Assembly: GCA_963724745.1 (NCBI GenBank) | Contig: CAVRVU010000002.1 | Span: forward strand, 94,714-158,713 | Direction: 5' to 3' | From: an uncultured Actinomycetes bacterium | Lineage (GTDB): Bacteria > Actinomycetota > Thermoleophilia > Solirubrobacterales > 70-9 | Length of the DNA stretch: 64,000 bases | In this document: piece after piece, positions 58,780 to 64,000 of the stretch | How positions within the stretch are numbered: the first letter of the stretch is position 1 | Layout of the letters: each line of letters opens with the position of its first letter | Notes under the pieces: model-generated | What the model was told of the DNA's origin: nothing | Database searches by the model: none | What the model saw: only the letters and a program-made list of their open reading frames with translations | Position numbers and translations under genes: made by a program

Positions 58780-59234
58780 ACCAGAGGATTGGGGTGGCCG
58801 CCTAACGAGCGTCGCGCATCGCCAAGATGAAGGCCCGATCGGAGGCGTCATAGCGATAGAGCAGGAGCATCCACGACCAAGGTCCGAGGACGAACGTGCT
58901 CGACGCGTCGCAGACCGTCCTGACCCCTGACGAGAAGCTGGCGGGCGAAGGCAGAAACGGGATAGGGCCTGGCCTGTACGGGACGCCGACAGCTCGACGT
59001 GCCAGCGCCACCGAACCCGTGCGAGCTCAAAACGCGGTGTGTCCGGGCGGAGTCGAGTCCTCCATCGATGGGTCGACCTCACGGGTTCGGTCCCGCAAAT
59101 CGGGATGGGTCAGAAAGGCGTCCACCAACGCCCTCGGTCCCCCGATGCAAGTCCACTCGTCGTCCCACGAGATAGCCAAGCCACGCCCGACCGTCCTTGC
59201 TGCGCCAGGGCCCTACCTTTTTATCGCCCGCCAT
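58780..59234 (-). pseudogene. Probable tyrosine-integrase remnant (N-terminal arm-type segment, then frame-broken and truncated)
   Basis: MAGDKKVGPWRSKDGRAWLGYLV resembles actinobacterial integrase N-termini (..R.KDGRW.g.v). It starts 25 nt downstream of the tRNA-Arg fragment. Only about 450 bp remain, split over several frames. Confidence 0.35.
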
Positions 59235-59258
59235 GGTGCGGACAGTAGTGCGACGTAA

Positions 59259-59300
59259 CGCCCCCGGCTGGATTCGAACCAGCGACCGTCGGATTAGAAG
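59259..59300 (-). other. tRNA-Arg(UCU) 3' fragment (anticodon loop to discriminator), att-like
   Basis: The reverse complement reads CTTCTAA TCCGA CGGTC GCTGG TTCGAAT CCAGC CGGGGGC G. No matching 5' half (GCCCCCG..., D arm) is present upstream. Confidence 0.75.
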
Positions 59301-59408
59301 TTCAGCCGGAAGGTGTCTGACGGCCCGAATCTGGCCTGATAGAGCCAATCACGTCCAAGGAGTTCGGCTGAGTTCGTTGGAGTTGGGGACCAATTTCGGG
59401 ACCAAGTT
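59301..59408. repeat. Island end-repeat, copy 2 (abuts the tRNA fragment at the anticodon loop)
   Basis: Aligns with 58668..58772 and 60829..60937. Confidence 0.8.
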
Positions 59409-59436
59409 CCATTGGCCTAGGAGCCCGATTGAGGTT

Positions 59437-60750
59437 CTATTCGAGATCAACCCGTATATCCGCCTGACCGCTCTTGGCGCGTCTTGCTTTACGCGCCCGC
59501 CAGATGGCGCCTGGGTTCAGGACTGCGGGCATTAGCAAGGCGACGTTCATCCACGCCGCCGCAACTAACGCCAACCAAATGTCTTCTAGTTCCTCAATCG
59601 AGACTAGAGCTACCAGCGATCCGGCCGCCAGATAAGCGAGCAGCGCCGACCAAATCAGTATCGCGCGCGCGCCCACTACAAGTTGAGCAGCCAGAGATCC
59701 GCGACCTGGCTGGGCCACAAGAGCAGATAGCAAACCCGGCCCCGCGAGCAACACAGTTGCTGCAGCGTCCGATGCGGATTGCATCGCTTCAAGGTGGCAA
59801 AGACCCGCCGTGAGCATCGCGGCAACCAAAGTCGCGGTCGCCAACACACCAAGCGTATAGCTCCTGTCTGGCGCTAGATCAACAGCGAGCATTACCAAGG
59901 AACGGCTGCGGACGTGCTTAGGCGAGAGTCGGACAGCAGAAGTTCTCCCAGGTCCAGCAAACCCGTCTACTTCCGGCTTCTCGGCAAGCTCCTGATCCTC
60001 ATCGTCGACAAGGAGGAGAGCCGAGGATAGGGAGGCACCATCGGGCGCGCGAACAACAAATTCCGATGACCCCGCCGAAACAGGTGAAGACATGGCAATC
60101 CACACTGACGAAGAGGTCCAACCTAAAGTCCGCGAGATCTCCGAGCTGGGCCGATGGACCCTTTTCATCGTGTCCGCGACTTCGAACGAAAGGCTTCTAT
60201 GAGACATGTCGTTCGTAGGAACCTCAACAAGCAACGGATAAGTCCATACCAGTGCCCGCGCCAACGGATCCTCATCGTCGAAGGGTGGATCCGGCAAAGC
60301 TGCAATCTCCTTTAGAAACCTTTCAGAATCCGCTGGGTCGTAGAGAGCAAGTCCGCTCACAAGAGCGACCATCTCCTCACTCAGCTTCGGAGTTGGCCGA
60401 GAGGCAAGCAGTGCCAAAGCCGCGAGTTGCATGCTCTGCGTTCGAGGCAACGTCGGTAAGCGCTTGCCAGTCTCGTCAAACACGGACAGCATCTGCGGAG
60501 ACAGATGCTTGTCTATGTCAGCGACCGGCAAATAGACATATGGCTTCTCCTGCACAAGCCCCGCGATCCTTCGTAACGAAAAATCAATCTGGGTCTTGCG
60601 GATCAATTGGGTAGCGCTCACCCAAGAAAAGTCGGCGCGCTGCGCCAAGATCCAACTAGGTCTTTCCCTCAATAGCCCAAGGAGAACTTTGGCCCCTTCT
60701 GGACCCCCAGCAGTTTCAAGCACTTGCGTTGCGTCTCTTTCGAGAGGCAC
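59437..60750 (-). CDS. Hypothetical protein (437 aa): ~300-aa soluble N-terminal region plus a C-terminal bundle of about 4 TM helices
   Basis: Intact ORF starting 37 nt downstream of tRNA fragment 2. TM segments LGVLATATLVAAMLTAGL, ATVLLAGPGLLSALVA, AILIWSALLAYLAAGSLVALV and IWLALVAAAWMNVALLMPAVL. No family recognised. Confidence 0.6.
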   Translation of the reverse strand: MPLERDATQVLETAGGPEGAKVLLGLLRERPSWILAQRADFSWVSATQLIRKTQIDFSLRRIAGLVQEKPYVYLPVADIDKHLSPQMLSVFDETGKRLPTLPRTQSMQLAALALLASRPTPKLSEEMVALVSGLALYDPADSERFLKEIAALPDPPFDDEDPLARALVWTYPLLVEVPTNDMSHRSLSFEVADTMKRVHRPSSEISRTLGWTSSSVWIAMSSPVSAGSSEFVVRAPDGASLSSALLLVDDEDQELAEKPEVDGFAGPGRTSAVRLSPKHVRSRSLVMLAVDLAPDRSYTLGVLATATLVAAMLTAGLCHLEAMQSASDAAATVLLAGPGLLSALVAQPGRGSLAAQLVVGARAILIWSALLAYLAAGSLVALVSIEELEDIWLALVAAAWMNVALLMPAVLNPGAIWRARKARRAKSGQADIRVDLE

Positions 60751-60786
60751 CCCTAGAAGCTAATCGAGTCGGATCGCGAATTTGAG

Positions 60787-60828
60787 CGCCCCTGGCAGGA
60801 TTCGAACCTGCGCGCTTCGGATTAGAAG
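60787..60828 (-). other. Second tRNA-Arg(UCU) 3' fragment with a different T arm and acceptor sequence, att-like
   Basis: The reverse complement reads CTTCTAA TCCGA AGCGC GCAGG TTCGAAT CCTGC CAGGGGC G. There is again no 5' half. Confidence 0.75.
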
Positions 60829-60937
60829 TTCAGCCGGAAGGTGTCTAGTAGGGCGAATCTGGCCTGATAGAGCCGACCAACGTCCAAGGAGTTCGGCTGA
60901 GTTCGTTCGAGTTGGGGACTAATTTCGGGACCAAGTT
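60829..60937. repeat. Island end-repeat, copy 3
   Basis: Aligns with copies 1 and 2. Identity with copy 2 continues into the anticodon-loop part of the tRNA fragment. Confidence 0.8.
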
Positions 60938-61041
60938 TTTGCTTCATCGTCAAGCCGGACAGCCAGCCACGAGAGGTAGCTACCACGCTGAGGCCCAGCA
61001 CATGCAGGGAAATGCCATCTTTGCGGGAAAGGAACTGAGCG

Positions 61042-61539
61042 ATGGAGGACATCTCCCTGCTCGCAACTGAGTCCCTCCTCTACGGCGTGTTGGCCCTACA
61101 GGCAGCGGCCCTTCTCCTCCTAATCATCCTCGTCGCTTACGTCTCCCCCCTCTCCGGCCAACTCATACGGCTGCCGGAAAACGTTCTGAAGACCCTGAAG
61201 GGCTCTCTCGACCTCGAGCCGGTCCACAGCAGGCTGGAGGAGATCGAGGTCGCATCAACTCGTGCCGCAGGCAACGTCACGAGGCTCGACGACCAGCTGA
61301 GAACCAGAGCTGACCTCGAAAACAAAGTGGGGGTACTTCAAACCCTTTTTGGGACCGTCGTGGGGCTCGCTGGAGCTGTGGGAGTGGACTGGGCCATTCA
61401 TGGAGGGTCGATACTGAGCTTGGACAGCTGGGTCCTTCGGCTCGCGATCGTCCTCGTGCCCTGCATCTTTGTTGCTGTGGTCGTGCCTCGGAAGGTCTAC
61501 AACGTGCTGTACCGGCGCGACGGAGGCCAGGCAATCTAG
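61042..61539 (+). CDS. Hypothetical membrane protein (165 aa): N-terminal TM, coiled-coil, C-terminal TM pair
   Basis: LLYGVLALQAAALLLLIILVAYV. TVVGLAGAVGVDWAI. LRLAIVLVPCIFVAVVV. Confidence 0.5.
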   Translation: MEDISLLATESLLYGVLALQAAALLLLIILVAYVSPLSGQLIRLPENVLKTLKGSLDLEPVHSRLEEIEVASTRAAGNVTRLDDQLRTRADLENKVGVLQTLFGTVVGLAGAVGVDWAIHGGSILSLDSWVLRLAIVLVPCIFVAVVVPRKVYNVLYRRDGGQAI

Positions 61540-61601
61540 CCTGGCTCGGGACCAAGTTCTAGGCGGGATCCGTTGGAAGGATCGCCTGGTTCTCGCTTCG
61601 A

Positions 61602-62942
61602 TTATGAGGACGAGGAGCGAACGGCGTCAATGAACTTGAGTAGCACGGACAGGTTCTCATCGCTTAGCTTCGTGTCGTCGCCCTTGTGATCTTCGCCAGG
61701 GTCGCCGACGAACATGCGCTCGATGAACTCCTTGCGAACCGTGTTCCTCTCCCCTTCGGGCAGTGGCTCGGAGAACGGCTTGAAAGCAACCATCTGCATA
61801 TAGAGGCGACGGGCGCGTTGCTCGCGGCGGCGATGTTGGCCGGATTGCTCCGCCGCGTAACCGGCGATGCCGAGCAGGAGCGTGACTGCCGTGATTTTGG
61901 CGACGATCAGCGAGGCGCTGCCGTTTCCTGCTCCCAGAAGGGCGAGGGCTACGGCTAGGATGGCCACAACGGCAGCGGCGGTGCCCATTCTGATCGCGTT
62001 GCGCCGCCACTGGTCGGCTTCTTCCTTCTGTTCCCCGGCCTCCGTTTTGAAAGCGCCAGCAGTGGTTGACGTGGCGGCGGTGTCAACCATGTCAATGGCT
62101 TCCTGTTTCTTCTCAGAGAGGAAGTCCATGACCTCTTTGCTCTTGTGTTCGAGGTTGGCGACCGCCGTGTCCGCTTCGGTTTTGGCTTCGCTCTGAGCGT
62201 CGGCACCTGAGGTTTTTAATCCCTCTATGGCCTCCTCGGCTTTGGTGGCCAATCCCTGTTTGATCTCATCGAACTGCGTGTTGCGGGTGTCCTGCTCCGA
62301 TTTGAACTGCGTTTCGAAGCTGTCAATGGACTGCTGGACACGGGCGCGCTCGGCCTCGGCCTCGGTCCTCAACGTGTCGAGCTGGCCTTCCAGCTCTTTG
62401 ACCCGCTCCTCGGCAGTCGCCTTCATCGAGTCCGAGGTTTGAGCCGCTTGCTCCTGCAGCTGGTTCAACTGCCCTTGCAGGTTGCTGGCCTGCTGTTGGA
62501 GCTGGCGAGTCTTCTCGCTTGATGCTTCGCCAAGCTGGGCGGCTGCTTTTCTAGCGTCAGTTTTCGCCCAAACCCCAATGGCAGGTGCCATCCGTAGCGA
62601 CCGATTGAGCAGCGCTTCAACGCCGGACTGAATCGTCGGCAACTGTTCGAAGTCGGTGTTTTCCTTGAATGGCGTCAGGGCCGAGCTGATCTGCTGAACC
62701 GCGTCGTTCAGCTCGTTCAACATTTGTGGCGTGAGCAAGGCCGTATCGGCGCTGGCCAGTAAAGCGCCGACGAACTCAAGGGCGGGTTCAAGACGGGGAA
62801 GCGCGGCTTGTGGATCGTGCTCGCGCGCCGCCTCCAGCAGCTCGGCAGGGAGATCCGCGACCTGCTGCCTCAACTGCTTCAAGTTCTCCTGAACCGGATG
62901 CTCGCTGAAAGCGATGCTGTATTGCGACTGCGCCTTGGCCAT
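61602..62942 (-). CDS. Hypothetical protein (446 aa): helical N-domain, long Gln/Glu-rich coiled-coil, two TM helices, ~90-aa C-terminal cytoplasmic domain
   Basis: Intact ORF. TRQLQQQASNLQGQLNQLQEQAAQ...ELEGQLDTLRTEAEAERARVQQ. TM segments AAAVVAILAVALALLGA and IVAKITAVTLLLGIAGYA. Confidence 0.6.
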   Translation of the reverse strand: MAKAQSQYSIAFSEHPVQENLKQLRQQVADLPAELLEAAREHDPQAALPRLEPALEFVGALLASADTALLTPQMLNELNDAVQQISSALTPFKENTDFEQLPTIQSGVEALLNRSLRMAPAIGVWAKTDARKAAAQLGEASSEKTRQLQQQASNLQGQLNQLQEQAAQTSDSMKATAEERVKELEGQLDTLRTEAEAERARVQQSIDSFETQFKSEQDTRNTQFDEIKQGLATKAEEAIEGLKTSGADAQSEAKTEADTAVANLEHKSKEVMDFLSEKKQEAIDMVDTAATSTTAGAFKTEAGEQKEEADQWRRNAIRMGTAAAVVAILAVALALLGAGNGSASLIVAKITAVTLLLGIAGYAAEQSGQHRRREQRARRLYMQMVAFKPFSEPLPEGERNTVRKEFIERMFVGDPGEDHKGDDTKLSDENLSVLLKFIDAVRSSSS

Positions 62943-62953
62943 GTGAACGGAGG

Positions 62954-63187
62954 CTACGACTCGTCGTCTTCGACCATGCGGGTGGCCACTTTAGTCCCGG
63001 GCTTCGCGTAGCCAACCACCACGGCTGCATAGTTGAAGCCGTCCCCGCTGGGCGCATGACTGAACGCGACGGATGGTGGGCCGTCCGAAGACCAGTGTGC
63101 GACAGCCTCCCCTAGCTTCAAGGTGAACTCCTCCAGGTCGTCGCTCTGGACGACGTTGACGCCCATCTGCACCTCGCGCAAATCCAT
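62954..63187 (-). CDS. Small hypothetical protein (77 aa)
   Basis: ORF from the ATG at 63187. Its stop lies 11 nt before the downstream start at 62942. The track ORF extends to 63334 but overlaps the upstream gene. Confidence 0.45.
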   Translation of the reverse strand: MDLREVQMGVNVVQSDDLEEFTLKLGEAVAHWSSDGPPSVAFSHAPSGDGFNYAAVVVGYAKPGTKVATRMVEDDES

Positions 63188-63224
63188 CACCCCAGAGTAC
63201 GAGCGGTGGCAGACAGACGCCTTC

Positions 63225-63957
63225 TCATGCACCAGGGGGAGTCGGTGGCTTCTGGGAATTCGGGGGCGGTTGAAGATTGAAGGACTCGACATGCCGAGCC
63301 GGGCGATTCGTTGCCTCAACCCACTCCGGGTCAACGGAAAAAAGGTCAGGCGAAGCCATCTGCGTTGGCGGCTTCGTCTGGGCCTTCAGTTCCTCGATCC
63401 GCGCCTTGATCTGATCGAGGTCGTATGCAATGGGAATCTGCTGGGCCAGCGGACCTGATTTTCCCTCCCAGCGACGATTGCCACCGCCGGTAAATGCCAC
63501 AGGGCGGACCGGCCCGTCTATTGGGTCAATCAGGTGAGCTAGCTGGCCGACCCGTGCATTCACTTTCAGTGGGACCCCATCTGGCTCCACGACAACCGGC
63601 TCCTCCAAAGGAACCTCGATTCGACAGGCGAGCAGAATCGACCCGCCGCCGGGAGCTTCGTTCCCCGTATCGACCAAGAACTCCCCAGCCAACATGCTGA
63701 ACGACGACGTTCCTACCGCCGGTGTTGGTCACCATCACGTAGAGGTGGAGGTCGTCGAATTTCGGCGGGGAATCGTTCGTCGAGAAGTAGCGCCAGCCGT
63801 GGTCAACTTCGATGCGGATTCGTCGCGCCAGCACCTCGCGGCGGATGGCGATCGCAGTACCGCTCGACCCCACCAGGGCCGCGTAATAGGTCAGCGCGTC
63901 AGGCATAGGCCGCCAAGCTCCATTAGCACGTCTATGGCCCCCCTTTCTCCTCGGCAT
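63225..63957 (-). pseudogene. Hypothetical protein (about 230-245 aa), frameshifted as assembled at the C4 run 63683-63686. First gene of the 63957-61602 operon.
   Basis: ORF 63526..63957 reads to ...NVVVQHVGW. The text continues (E)FLVDTGNEAPGGGSILLACRIEV... in ORF 63225..63695. The ATG at 63906 is an alternative start. Confidence 0.5.
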
Positions 63958-64000
63958 TTGCCACCGCGACCATCGACACGTCCAGTGCTGCAGCGATGCC

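Larger units (their letters stand above)
58668..64000. mobile_element. Lower-G+C genomic island: probable tandem remnants of integrative elements accreted at a tRNA-Arg(UCU) locus. The intact tRNA is expected beyond the right edge.
   Basis: Two tRNA-Arg 3' fragments, three copies of a ~105-nt end-repeat, an integrase N-terminal remnant directly downstream of one fragment, and cargo ORFs without recognisable families. G+C is visibly lower than the flanks. Confidence 0.55.

Noticed and set aside
58802-59082. The 102-aa, 69-aa and 60-aa minus-strand ORFs as real small genes
   Set aside because: They are mutually overlapping frames within the ~450-bp segment downstream of the integrase-like start. 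They are best explained as frame-broken remnants.
59259-59440. The tRNA-Arg pieces as a complete tRNA interrupted by an intron (group I or other) in the anticodon loop
   Set aside because: No 5' exon (an acceptor strand complementary to CGGGGGC or CAGGGGC, or a D arm) is present within several hundred nt upstream of either copy. The sequence 5' of the loop cannot pair with the TCCGA anticodon-stem strand.

Overview
High-G+C (about 70% by eye) actinobacterial-type chromosomal segment. Gene content and signal-peptide styles suggest a Thermoleophilia/Solirubrobacterales-like Actinomycetota, but the taxon is inference only. I can support about 60 protein genes, one complete tRNA (His-GTG) and two tRNA-Arg(UCU) 3' fragments. 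There is no rRNA and no CRISPR array.

Left to right:
- MMPL transporter tail, HxlR regulator and a methyltransferase.
- Secreted YVTN/PKD propeller protein.
- A copper module (csoR, its operator, a secreted 293-aa protein, copA) bracketed by two Fic genes, the second coupled to a class III nucleotide cyclase.
- HAD hydrolase.
- TPR membrane protein plus a ComEC-like MBL hydrolase.
- SGNH esterase.
- Two-component system plus a DipZ-like thiol-disulfide protein.
- A 2131-aa secreted cutinase-fusion gene built from six-plus identical 606-bp tandem repeats.
- A lower-G+C block with an XRE-type regulator, a micro-ORF and a 1337-aa Hel308/Ski2-like helicase with extra terminal domains.
- NHL propeller, YcaQ/AlkZ-like protein, methyltransferase and ADH.
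- A heavily frameshifted kup gene next to a KdpD(C-terminal)/KdpE-like pair.
- HigBA-like toxin-antitoxin pair beside tRNA-His.
- A P450/FMO/SDR/TetR/LLM oxidative cluster.
- A cluster of low-complexity, stress-type proteins.
- NlpC/P60 peptidase.
- An ArsR-regulated cluster of three proteins with TasA/alternate-type signal peptides.
- From about 58.7 kb to the right edge, a lower-G+C island marked by tRNA-Arg 3' fragments, a thrice-repeated ~105-nt sequence, an integrase remnant and operons of unknown membrane and coiled-coil proteins.

The most interesting candidates for new biology are the helicase block (26.0-31.4 kb) and the tRNA-Arg island cargo (59.4-64 kb). At least nine genes are frameshifted as assembled, and kup at least a dozen times, so read-level validation is needed before any are called pseudogenes. 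All functional calls rest on motifs read by eye. No database search was possible.
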